64,000 nucleotides of DNA, from positions 34-64,033 of the forward strand of contig DASYBJ010000068.1 of assembly GCA_036500845.1 (NCBI GenBank). The letters run 5' to 3'. The notes under the pieces were generated by a model that was given only the letters and a program-made list of their open reading frames with translations, was not told where the DNA came from and did no database searches. The translations under genes were made by a program, and so were the position numbers. Origin of the DNA: Acidobacteriaceae bacterium. Its GTDB lineage: Bacteria > Acidobacteriota > Terriglobia > Terriglobales > Acidobacteriaceae. Positions 39,094 to 48,255 of the stretch are shown one piece after another (position 1 is the stretch's first letter; every line of letters begins with the position of its first letter).

Positions 39094-39834
39094 ATGCGTT
39101 CGCGATTCGCTCTGGTAGATGTCTCCTGGTTGGTTTTCCTGGTACTTCTTGCCGCGACGCCGGGTACTTTGGCCCAGAATACGAGCGGCATCTTTCTCAC
39201 TCCCGTAGCGAGTGCGCCATTCACCGGCGTAATTGACGTCGAGCGTACCATGATTCAGCCGAACGGCCCCGTCCTCAACCTCAAGACCATCCGGGAAGTG
39301 GCCCGGGATAGCCAGGGCCGTGTCTATAACGTGTTCCGGGAATTTGTTCCGATTTCGCAAGGGACTGCACCGCCGGTCATTCGCATTCACTTTTACGATC
39401 CGCAGACCAGAAGCTACACCTACCTTTATCCTCGACAGCGGACCTACTGGACTGGCACGGTGAATCATCCTCCGGCAACTGGACCGGCGGATCTCGTCGC
39501 ATCGCCCGCAGCCAACAGCGTTCCCCTGAACCAGTTTGCTAAAGACGAAGATCTCGGCACCCACACGGTAGAGGGCGTAGCGGCCCATGGAATTCGCGAG
39601 ACACAGACAATTCCGGCGGCAACCAGCAGTACAGGCAACGATATCGTGCTTACCGATGAGTACTGGTATTCGGACGAACTTCACATGAATGTGATGGTCA
39701 AGCACAATGACCCGCGCACCGGAAGTCTCACGATGACTCTCACTCAAGTGACCCGAACCGATCCGGATCCCGCTCTCTTTCAAGTTCCTGAAGGATACAA
39801 GCCCATCACGACCGGACGGATGACGCCACAATAG
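39094..39834 (+). CDS. exported hypothetical protein
   Basis: GGAGGG lies 6 nt upstream of the ATG. Signal peptide VDVSWLVFLVLLAATPGTLAQ. Its composition is much more protein-like than that of the antisense ORF 39049..39831. Confidence 0.65.
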   Translation: MRSRFALVDVSWLVFLVLLAATPGTLAQNTSGIFLTPVASAPFTGVIDVERTMIQPNGPVLNLKTIREVARDSQGRVYNVFREFVPISQGTAPPVIRIHFYDPQTRSYTYLYPRQRTYWTGTVNHPPATGPADLVASPAANSVPLNQFAKDEDLGTHTVEGVAAHGIRETQTIPAATSSTGNDIVLTDEYWYSDELHMNVMVKHNDPRTGSLTMTLTQVTRTDPDPALFQVPEGYKPITTGRMTPQ

Positions 39835-39858
39835 TTCTCTTCCAGTTTGTTTTCTATT

Positions 39859-39967
39859 GCGTTTTCACAATTACTGTGATCTGGCCAGAGTTGGTTATGT
39901 GCAGCTTTTCTCGATGAAAAGCCGCGTTCGGACTCCAATTCCTGGACTACACCAATTGTGAAAACGC
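39859..39967. repeat. perfect 14-bp inverted repeat enclosing a small hairpin, between convergent genes
   Basis: GCGTTTTCACAATT (39859-39872) pairs with AATTGTGAAAACGC (39954-39967). An inner hairpin GCTTTTC-tcgat-GAAAAGC lies at 39904-39922. Confidence 0.8.
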
Positions 39968-39989
39968 CGTAGCGATTCGGTTAGCGCCT

Positions 39990-41852
39990 TTAGATTTCCA
40001 GGCCGATCGAGCGCATGAGCGCCAGCGCGTTGCTGGTCTGGACGATTCCAGGCCGCAGCTTGTAATCGAAATGCAGCTCACCGTTTTGAATCTGATCTTC
40101 AAAGTGGCAATTGGTAGCGCGGCTCCCTATAGCTTCCGGAACATGGGTAAGCGCCAGGTCGTGCGTGGTGACAAGGCCGATTGCTCCCTGCTCCACCAGC
40201 TTTGTCACAATGGATAAGGTTCCAATCAGGCGGTCGCGCGAGTTGGTGCCGGACAGCAATTCGTCGAGAAGAAACAGCACAGGCATTGGCCCCTCGGTCA
40301 AGTCGACGATCTGTTTTAACCGGCGGATCTCGGCGTAGAAGCGGGAGACGCCGCCCTCCAGCGAGTCGAGCACGCAGATCGAAGCAGTCACGGCGAGCCG
40401 TGAAAGCTGTAAACGGTTGGCGCGCACCGGAGCGCCACATTGCGCGAGTACGACATTCACGCCGATTCCGCGCAGAAACGTGCTCTTCCCTGCCATGTTC
40501 GGCCCACTGAGAACGATCAACGCGAGATTGCTCCCCAGTTCAAGATCATTCCGCACCGCCTTTTCCGGTGGGATTAACGGGTGTGCAAACTCCTGGGCGC
40601 GAAAGCAGGGCTCCCGGCTTTCGGAATCCGGTTCTAGGAATTCGGGAAAGACATCATTCGGATGCTCATAGGCATAACCGGCAATCGAGAGCAGCGCTTC
40701 GAGTTCGCCCACAGCCGCAATCCATTCGCGAAGAGCCGGCCCGAATCTTTGACGCCACCTATCAATTGCGAGAATGAATTGGAGACGCCAGAAAATCAGT
40801 GGATCGAGAGCCTTGACGATTGGGTTGTGCGCCGCCTCAAGGAAGTTAACCAGACGATCCAACTTGTCGATCGCGGCCGAAGGCGGTAGTCCTCTGCGGC
40901 GGAGGCCGGCTTGCAGTTCAATCAGCTTCGGGCTGGTGAACGACTCGCTCTCAAACGCCTTCAGCACGCCTGATAGCAGATCGAGATCGTGTGCCGCATC
41001 GTCCACCGCCCGTTCTGCACGACTTATAGGAACATAATATCGATGCGAGAGTGCCAGGTTTACCAACGAAGCCAGGATGAACAAATCGATCCGTCCGAAA
41101 CCAGCCCAGGCAATGACGCTCACGATCCAGGCCGCTACCAAGATCGGGCCCGCGATGGAAACAAATGGAGATCTGAGCAGCGATGTGCTTTCTCCCCACT
41201 CGGCGAGCTGTTTTGGGTGAACGCCGGTCCCAAAGTCCTCTCCCACAGTAAAAAGCGCCTCGCGAAACTGCAGACGGTCGCGAAGTTCGCGCGCCGCGGT
41301 TTGCCGGCGAAGAACTTCGTCAATCGGGGCCGGACCGAGAAGCCATTGCGCTAAAATCTCTTCCCCGGCGCGCGTGCGCGCAATCGACAACAACTCAAAG
41401 AGAGAGGCTCTACCGAAGAGATCCAGGTCCCGCGCGTAAGGGTGGGCCGCATCGAGAAAGCGTTCTCCAGTTTCGCCGTTACCCATCCATTGATGGGAAA
41501 GCCGTGCTAGGCCTCGGGAATAGAAATCTTCCACCCGGCTGCACCGGCGAATGGAGCGGATCAGCCGCTCCTGATAGATCGCCATAACGATGAAGATGAT
41601 GATGGGAATCAGGAAAAGCAGTGATGACCGCGACCAGTGACGAAGCGACCAGACAACCCAGATCACTGCCAGTGCCGCGATCCCGAGTTGAAGGTAGCCA
41701 ACCCGCCGCTCGCGCTTCTCCTGGTTGCTGCGGCGATGCCGCGCCGAATCCAGGCGCTTCGAATATTCTTGAAACGCAACCTCCGTGGTCTCCGCGGTGC
41801 GAGCGGAGGTTGGCTCGTGAGCTAGAACGGATTTCCCATCGTTATCAAACAC
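39990..41852 (-). CDS. MutS-related ATPase (domain V only) with N-terminal transmembrane segments
   Basis: GPNMAGKSTFLR Walker A, FLLDELLSGTN and TTHD. Hydrophobic helices lie near residues 40-100 and 225-270. No mismatch-binding N-domain is recognisable. Confidence 0.85.
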   Translation of the reverse strand: MFDNDGKSVLAHEPTSARTAETTEVAFQEYSKRLDSARHRRSNQEKRERRVGYLQLGIAALAVIWVVWSLRHWSRSSLLFLIPIIIFIVMAIYQERLIRSIRRCSRVEDFYSRGLARLSHQWMGNGETGERFLDAAHPYARDLDLFGRASLFELLSIARTRAGEEILAQWLLGPAPIDEVLRRQTAARELRDRLQFREALFTVGEDFGTGVHPKQLAEWGESTSLLRSPFVSIAGPILVAAWIVSVIAWAGFGRIDLFILASLVNLALSHRYYVPISRAERAVDDAAHDLDLLSGVLKAFESESFTSPKLIELQAGLRRRGLPPSAAIDKLDRLVNFLEAAHNPIVKALDPLIFWRLQFILAIDRWRQRFGPALREWIAAVGELEALLSIAGYAYEHPNDVFPEFLEPDSESREPCFRAQEFAHPLIPPEKAVRNDLELGSNLALIVLSGPNMAGKSTFLRGIGVNVVLAQCGAPVRANRLQLSRLAVTASICVLDSLEGGVSRFYAEIRRLKQIVDLTEGPMPVLFLLDELLSGTNSRDRLIGTLSIVTKLVEQGAIGLVTTHDLALTHVPEAIGSRATNCHFEDQIQNGELHFDYKLRPGIVQTSNALALMRSIGLEI

Positions 41853-41965
41853 TGTATCCCCAAGGTGCTATTCCCAAGCCGCGGCTCTTCCCGAGGAAAG
41901 AGCCGCATGAATAGGGTACCTGTGTTTGCAGGGAGCATGCACAAGCGACGAGGTTCCTTTCCGAG

Positions 41966-43015
41966 CTATTTCAGCGACGGAGCGGCCGGTGCAGGCGGAT
42001 GAGGCGGAAGCGTGATGCCGTCCAACTGCGCTTCGTAATCGATGATCTGGCGCAGCGTTTCGTAAGGAATCTGCCCCAGCGGGAGCCCACGCCCGTTGAC
42101 GTACAGGGTTGGAGTTGCCGCGACGCCAATCTCATCACCCAAATTCAGCGATGCATTAACCGTCGCCTTGGTGGCATCCGTGACAGCGCATGCTGCCACT
42201 TTTTCCGGGTCTCCCCCTGCCTTTGTAACTGCAGCCTTCAGGGTCTGGTCCGATGCTTCCGGCGTGAGCTGATCTTGTGTTGCGAAAGCCGCATCCGCGA
42301 ACTTGAAGAAGGCGTCATTGCCGGAAAGCTTCGCTACGCAGACCCCATACGACGCGGCTTTGAAAGCCTCGCTGTGGATGCGGATCAATGGAAAGCTCTG
42401 ATACACAAAATGACCTGAAGGATAGTCCGCAACGAGCTTGGCGATGGTCGATTCCGCATCTTTGCAGTGCGGACATTGAAAATCGGAAAACTCGACCAGC
42501 TCCAGTTCTTTTGAAGGCGCGCCCCGTGACGGGCCGTCGGCCTGTGCCGCGAGCAGTTTCCGATATTCTTCGAAAGGATGGGAGCCGAAGGGTAAGACGG
42601 CATCGGCGATGATGTGCTTGCCATCGGGCAGCGAGAAGAAGACGAGTGGCTGTACCTGTTGCTGCTTGGGAGTGTTCTTTTCAGCAACCAGAACGACGAT
42701 GCGGCTCACGCCAGCAACGGGTGTCTTCTCGATTGCCTGTATCTGCCACACGCGATTCGCGTCAAATCCCCAAGATGCCTTTAGGAAATCGTCCACGGTC
42801 TGCTTCGTCGGCGAATCCGCAGTGAAGTCACGCGGATCGGACGGTGGGAAGGGATTTGCATTGGGCGCTGGAGCCGGCGCACCGGGTGCCGCTGGGGCCG
42901 TCGGCAGTGGTTGAGGTGCATCTTGCGGAGAGGCTTGCGAAAGTGCGAATGGTGTCAGGCACACCGCTAGCCCAAGGACTTGAACGGTGTTGCACATCGT
43001 AATGCGAAATTGCAT
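41966..43015 (-). CDS. DsbA-like thioredoxin-fold protein, exported
   Basis: CPHC active site in FSDFQCPHCKD. N-terminal signal peptide and Pro/Ala-rich linker. Confidence 0.8.
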   Translation of the reverse strand: MQFRITMCNTVQVLGLAVCLTPFALSQASPQDAPQPLPTAPAAPGAPAPAPNANPFPPSDPRDFTADSPTKQTVDDFLKASWGFDANRVWQIQAIEKTPVAGVSRIVVLVAEKNTPKQQQVQPLVFFSLPDGKHIIADAVLPFGSHPFEEYRKLLAAQADGPSRGAPSKELELVEFSDFQCPHCKDAESTIAKLVADYPSGHFVYQSFPLIRIHSEAFKAASYGVCVAKLSGNDAFFKFADAAFATQDQLTPEASDQTLKAAVTKAGGDPEKVAACAVTDATKATVNASLNLGDEIGVAATPTLYVNGRGLPLGQIPYETLRQIIDYEAQLDGITLPPHPPAPAAPSLK

Positions 43016-43146
43016 GTAAGACCTTTCGATGTCTCCTGGTGGTCCCCGCGTGGGCGGGCTACATTTACCCCTGCAAATCTGCTTGCCGAAGACCGGAGTT
43101 CGTTGAGAAAGACTGAAGCTAAACTGGCAACAATACCCTTCCTTGC

Positions 43147-44796
43147 TTATACCTGAACTTTGACGGCGATGGGAAAGCGGCGTCCCATGCCGAATGCCTT
43201 GCTGGTGACCTTGAGGACAGGTGCGGCCTGTTGCCGTTTGTACTCACTGCGCTCGACCAGTTTGACCACCTCGCGGACGAGAGCCAGATCGTAGTGATGA
43301 TGGGCGGCGATCGCCTCCGGCGTTTCGTAGCGCTCAACGTACGCTTCGAGAATTGGATCGAGGACTTCGTAAGGTGGCAATGAGTCGGTATCCTTTTGGC
43401 CGGGGCGCAACTCCGCGGAGGGCGGCTTGTCCAGAATGGCCTGCGGTATAACCGTGCGATCGCGATTTACGTAATGGCAGAGCCGGTACACCTCGGTCTT
43501 GACCACATCACCAATCACCGCGAGCGCGCCTACCATATCTCCATAGAGAGTGCAGTAGCCGACCGACATTTCTGACTTGTTGCCGGTAGTGAGCACGAGC
43601 GCATTGAATTTATTCGACAGTGCCATGAGGAGATTGCCGCGAATGCGCGATTGAATATTCTCCTCCGTGATATCCGGCTTTAAACCGGCGAAGAGCGGCT
43701 GAAGGGTTTTGGTGAATCCGCAAAACAGCGGCTCAATCGGGATCAGGTGGAAGGCGATGCCGAGGTTGGCAGCGAGCGAACGCGCATCCTCGATCGAACC
43801 CTGCGAGGAGTATTGGCTGGGCATGCCCACACCCGTAACGTTCTCTTCCCCAAGCGCATCGACGGCAATCGCAGCGACGAGCGCGGAATCGATACCGCCA
43901 CTCAGGCCGACGAGTACTTTTGAGAAGCCGCACTTGCGGACATAGTCGCGCGTGCCGAGCACGAGCGCCTCGTAGACACCTGCATCCTCATTCGGATCGA
44001 TAGATCGCACATCGCCGCTCAGCTTGTCCGTGTCGAAGAACACCAGGTCTTCCTCGAAGGAACGTGCTTGCGCGAGCACACTGCCATCAGGGCCGAGCGC
44101 GAAGCTGGATCCGTCGAAGATAAGGCTGTCATTCCCGCCCACCTGATTGACCATGATCACCGGAACATGGTGACGCTTGGCGATTGCGGCGAGCATGCGG
44201 TAACGCAGTTCTCTTTTGCCGCGATGGTAAGGAGAGGCAGAAAGATTGAGGATGAGCGAACCGCCCCCGCGCATGAGCTCCTCGATAGGGTCGATCGAAT
44301 AGAGGCGATTACGCCAGAAATGCTTATCGTTCCAGGCATCTTCGCAAATGGTAACCGCAATCCGCTCCCCAGCGAAATTCAGGCTGGACTGCTGCTCGGC
44401 AGGTGCGAAGTAGCGCTGTTCATCGAAGACATCGTAGAACGGCAAGAGCCGTTTGGACTGAACAAATTCCATGTGACCGTTTCGCAGGAGTCCGGCCGCG
44501 TTGACCACGCGTTTGCCCGAACCAAGAGGCGCAGGCATGACGAATCCGCAGAGCACGGCAAGTGAGTTGTCCGTAGTGGCCTTTGCGGCAATCTCTTCCA
44601 TCGCTTGGCCGGCGCGGGCAACGAAGGAATCCTTTTCAAGGAAGTCGGCTGGCGGGTAACCGCATACGGCGAGTTCAGAAAAGAGCGCCAGATCGGCGCC
44701 ACCGGCAGCCGCCTGACGTGCGAACTCAACAATCTTCCGCGTATTTCCCTGGAAGTCGCCAACCGTTGGATTGATCTGAGCGAGAGCGATCCTCAC
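43147..44796 (-). CDS. nadE: glutamine-dependent NAD+ synthetase
   Basis: N-terminal nitrilase-type domain (MRIALAQINP..., ICEDAW) plus a PP-loop GLSGGIDS. Confidence 0.93.
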   Translation of the reverse strand: MRIALAQINPTVGDFQGNTRKIVEFARQAAAGGADLALFSELAVCGYPPADFLEKDSFVARAGQAMEEIAAKATTDNSLAVLCGFVMPAPLGSGKRVVNAAGLLRNGHMEFVQSKRLLPFYDVFDEQRYFAPAEQQSSLNFAGERIAVTICEDAWNDKHFWRNRLYSIDPIEELMRGGGSLILNLSASPYHRGKRELRYRMLAAIAKRHHVPVIMVNQVGGNDSLIFDGSSFALGPDGSVLAQARSFEEDLVFFDTDKLSGDVRSIDPNEDAGVYEALVLGTRDYVRKCGFSKVLVGLSGGIDSALVAAIAVDALGEENVTGVGMPSQYSSQGSIEDARSLAANLGIAFHLIPIEPLFCGFTKTLQPLFAGLKPDITEENIQSRIRGNLLMALSNKFNALVLTTGNKSEMSVGYCTLYGDMVGALAVIGDVVKTEVYRLCHYVNRDRTVIPQAILDKPPSAELRPGQKDTDSLPPYEVLDPILEAYVERYETPEAIAAHHHYDLALVREVVKLVERSEYKRQQAAPVLKVTSKAFGMGRRFPIAVKVQV

Positions 44797-44950
44797 TTAT
44801 TTAGTGTAAACGCCATCCACAGTCCGTGATCCGGCGGGTCAGCACTTCGCCAAGGCAGAACCTATCCCCTCGCTCTACTCGTGTCAGTGATGATGTGTAA
44901 ACGTTAGAAAAGAATTGAAGCCCGGCGGGATTTGCCGACGCGCCGGCCCG

Positions 44951-46477
44951 CTAAGATCCAGTTCCGGAGGCAACGACTGCCAGAGTGCGAACCAGGATCT
45001 TGAGATCGAGCCAGACACTCCAGTTCTCGATATACGCAGTGTCGAGCGAGATGTAGCTGTCGAAGGAGGGATCCTGTCGAGCTTGAACCTGCCATAGTCC
45101 TGTCATTCCAGGCATCACGTTGAGGCGCCGAAGGTGACTGAGTTCATAATTCTTCACCTCGCTGGCGATGGGCGGCCGAGGACCCACCATACTCATGTCT
45201 CCGCGCAAAACATTGAGGAACTGCGGGATCTCATCCAGAGAGTATTTGCGAAGAATCCGACCAACGCGGGTGACGCGCGGGTCATTGGCGACCTTAAAAA
45301 GTACGCCATCGCGCTCGTTCATGTGAAGAATCTCAGCGCGACGGCGCTCTGCGTCGGCGACCATAGTGCGAAATTTGATGCAGCGGAAGACGCGGCCTTT
45401 TTTCCCTATACGGTCCGAACAATAGAAGATTGGTCCGGGCGAGTCCATCCGTATGGCAAAAGCGATAACCGCGATGATAGGCGAGAGAAGCGACAGCGCA
45501 AGCGAAGAGAGAAATACATCGAGAACGCGCTTTAGAAAGAGGCCGAGAACGGGCACGTGGCCGCGATGCAACGGAATGGTAGGAAACTGGCCGATATATT
45601 CGATAGGGCTATTCCAGGCCAATCCGTCATACAGTTCGGGGACGACCCGGATGTCCACGCCGGCTTCGCGCGCCTCGCTTACGATCTTCTTCACCAGCTC
45701 TGTCTCGCATTGAGCTGAAAGAAAGATCTCATCGGCGAAATGCTTACGGGCAATATCGAGAATCTCCTCGATTGACCCCAGTACGTCGCCCCGATGAGCA
45801 GCGTCGGGATCACATCCCGGAACCTCCACGTAACCCTTGAAGGCATAGCCGAGATGCCGGTAGCTTTCCAGATGATGGCGCAATGCCTGACCGACCCGGC
45901 CAGTTCCGGCAATAATAATATTGCGCGTCTCCATGCCACGTTCAAAGCGGCGGTACATCGTCAGACGCCAGATCAGCCTGCGGATACAGAGTAGAACAGT
46001 CGTGGTCACAATTGTGATGATCACGATCCCGCGGGAAATGATCTCGCCGTGCATCAGGTAGAGAAATCCCGCAAGGAGGAGACCTGCCGTCAGGCACGCC
46101 TGGACAGTCAGCCGCTGCTCGTGCAGCGCGTTTCGCATCTGCATCGGACCGTAAAGATGGTAACGCCGGCTCACGAGGATGAGGGAAAGCATGAACCAAA
46201 GCAAGGCGCCCGCCACGCTGGTCGGATGGCTCTGAAACATCGCGTTGGTATGGTAGGGAGAATCGGGACGGAAGAAGCCCTTCCCCAGCCATCCGCGGAC
46301 CGCTACGATCAGTGCGATGATCACAATGCTGACGTCCCCCAAAATCCAGAGAGCGCCCGTGATCATGCTTTTGCCGCGAGACACGTGGCCGTACCTTACA
46401 GAGCCGAGTGTCTCACCGTTTTGCGGGTCCTGAGGTGAGAAGGTAGAGTGACGCTTCAAAAATTCAGACGTGGCCAT
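44951..46477 (-). CDS. polyprenyl-phosphate glycosyl-1-phosphate transferase (WbaP / exopolysaccharide priming enzyme type)
   Basis: TM-rich N-terminal half and C-terminal sugar-transferase motifs EIPQFLNVLRGDMSMVGPRP and PGMTGLWQV. ATG at 46477 (GTG at 46516). Confidence 0.9.
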   Translation of the reverse strand: MATSEFLKRHSTFSPQDPQNGETLGSVRYGHVSRGKSMITGALWILGDVSIVIIALIVAVRGWLGKGFFRPDSPYHTNAMFQSHPTSVAGALLWFMLSLILVSRRYHLYGPMQMRNALHEQRLTVQACLTAGLLLAGFLYLMHGEIISRGIVIITIVTTTVLLCIRRLIWRLTMYRRFERGMETRNIIIAGTGRVGQALRHHLESYRHLGYAFKGYVEVPGCDPDAAHRGDVLGSIEEILDIARKHFADEIFLSAQCETELVKKIVSEAREAGVDIRVVPELYDGLAWNSPIEYIGQFPTIPLHRGHVPVLGLFLKRVLDVFLSSLALSLLSPIIAVIAFAIRMDSPGPIFYCSDRIGKKGRVFRCIKFRTMVADAERRRAEILHMNERDGVLFKVANDPRVTRVGRILRKYSLDEIPQFLNVLRGDMSMVGPRPPIASEVKNYELSHLRRLNVMPGMTGLWQVQARQDPSFDSYISLDTAYIENWSVWLDLKILVRTLAVVASGTGS

Positions 46478-46528
46478 GGGTCTGTCCGACTCAATACTGT
46501 ACTTTGCGGGGTGCACTGATGTTTCTAG

Positions 46529-46622
46529 TACCGCAAAGGTGATGTTGGGGACCGCTACCGCACAGGTGATGTTGGGACCACTACCGCACAGGTGATGTTG
46601 GGACCACTACCGCAAAGGTGAT
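46529..46622. repeat. tandem direct repeat, 26-27 nt x 3.6 (TACCGCAMAGGTGATGTTGGGACCAC)
   Basis: Units at 46529-46555, 46556-46581 and 46582-46607, plus a partial unit at 46608-46622. Units 2 and 3 are identical. Confidence 0.92.
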
Positions 46623-47218
46623 TAAGAGATTACCAAAGTTGCCAGTAACTCAAAAATATTTACTATTTTGTAACGGTCGCATCCGGGATTGAAATGATGG
46701 CTCGGGCCAAGCTTATCGGTCGGCTGTCAGCCGCATCGTTTATCTCTAGTTGCGAAAATATACGATGCCACCGACTCGATTTTGGTTAGTTGCGAAATCA
46801 CTCGAAAACCGGGGATTTCAACATCTTGCACATCCAGGGAAAGAAATCTCGCCGCCATCGAAATCTCAGCATAGGATTGCACCAAAGAGAGACGGTCTAG
46901 AGGGATCATACCATTGCAAGAGCAAAAATCGAGTTAAATGAGTAGGATCGATCTTATGTATCTTCCCGGTTACCAAGTTAACCTTCTGGTTACCTTGCCT
47001 TACTGAAAAAAGCACCTCGCTGTTTGCCGCTCGCATTGTGTGCTACCCGGTGAATATGGGGTCACGATAATTTCAGAATCGTCCCATCTCGTCAGCGTGC
47101 TGTTTTCGCCCTTGTCGAACAGGAGGGGGAGAGCAGAGCGGCTCGCAAGCACGCCAGTCCCATCTGACCCAGTCCCATCTGACTTGGAGCGGATCGCTGT
47201 GGAGGACCCGTCACTCCG

Positions 47219-48112
47219 TTACGCTTCTGGCAGAACCAGCGCGTCTAAGTCGAGAAACTGGCGAAGCACTTCATCTTTCGTCTTTTCCATCTCTTCGAGC
47301 GTCCCGAAAAAACGCGCTTTGCCGGAATGCAAAAAGAGAACCTGATCGGCAAGACGCTGTGCGAAACGCATGTCGTGAGTGACGACGATATTGGTTAGGC
47401 GCAGCTGATGCTTGAGCTTCTGAATGAGATTCCCTAAGCGGCGCGCCATCAAAGGATCGACCATCGTGGTGGGTTCGTCATAAAGAATTGCCTCGGGCTG
47501 TGCGGCCAAGGCTCGTGCAATGGCGACGGCTCGCTTCATACCAGTCGACAGGTCTGAAGGCAACAACTCGCTCATTCCCGCAACGCCTACCATCTCCAGA
47601 AGCCCATTTACAACTTGTTGGATCTGATCTTCCTGCAGTTCACGCCGCTCGCGCAGCGGAAAGGCGACATTCTCTCCCACGGACAATGAGTCAAAGAGCG
47701 CACCATTTTGAAACACCATTGTCACTTTCTTGCGCACGTTTTCCATTTGCTCTTCCGTGAAACCCGTGATGTCTTGGCCCGCAACGAAAATCCGTCCTGC
47801 GTCAGGTTTTAGAAAACCCATGATCTGCTGTAACGAAACAGATTTGCCCACGCCCGAGCGCCCGAGAATACACAGCGTCTGGCCGGCATCCACCGAAAAA
47901 CTCACGTCATCCAGCACATGAAGATCACCAAAAGATTTCGAAACATGCTCGAAGGCGATGTACGGCGTGCGTGTTTTGTCTTCAACGGTGCGATTGGCTG
48001 GCCGCTCTTGTCCGTTCTCCCCGACAATCTCAATCGGCACACCTACGGGTATCTCAACAGGCGGGGCGTCAAGTTGCCCATTTCCTTGTTCCGGGTTGGG
48101 AACCAAACCCAT
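47219..48112 (-). CDS. ABC transporter ATP-binding protein, MlaF/Ttg2A-like
   Basis: Walker A GRSGVGKSV, signature LSTGMKRAVAIARAL, Walker B ILYDEP. About 50 aa of non-ABC N-terminal sequence, provided the ATG at 48112 is the real start. Confidence 0.88.
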   Translation of the reverse strand: MGLVPNPEQGNGQLDAPPVEIPVGVPIEIVGENGQERPANRTVEDKTRTPYIAFEHVSKSFGDLHVLDDVSFSVDAGQTLCILGRSGVGKSVSLQQIMGFLKPDAGRIFVAGQDITGFTEEQMENVRKKVTMVFQNGALFDSLSVGENVAFPLRERRELQEDQIQQVVNGLLEMVGVAGMSELLPSDLSTGMKRAVAIARALAAQPEAILYDEPTTMVDPLMARRLGNLIQKLKHQLRLTNIVVTHDMRFAQRLADQVLFLHSGKARFFGTLEEMEKTKDEVLRQFLDLDALVLPEA

Positions 48113-48230
48113 CGATTTCAGATTACCTTAGCAACTCAGGAACTCGCCAAGACAGCGCACAGCAGAACAGGTCCCCACGGACCGGCGTCTACCGACTCCG
48201 CTTATACAGTTGCTCTATTTGATCTTTTCC

Positions 48231-48254
48231 TCTGATCTGTTGACCTGCCGATTC
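48231..48254. repeat. short run of the 8-nt GCYGAYYY-type repeat
   Basis: TCTGATCT GTTGACCT GCCGATTC resembles the arrays at 59408-59447 and 59576-59631. Confidence 0.55.
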
Positions 48255-48255
48255 G

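Noticed and set aside
39049-39831. 260-aa minus-strand ORF almost coextensive with the plus-strand ORF 39094-39834.
   Set aside because: The plus-strand product has a Shine-Dalgarno sequence, a signal peptide and balanced composition. The minus-strand product is Arg/Gly/Ser/Cys-rich and has no start context.
46727-46909. 60-aa minus-strand ORF (and the 63-aa plus-strand ORF at 46750-46941) in the low-GC tract upstream of the sugar transferase.
   Set aside because: There is no Shine-Dalgarno sequence or recognisable motif. In AT-richer DNA, random ORFs have ordinary-looking composition. The evidence is not sufficient for a gene call.
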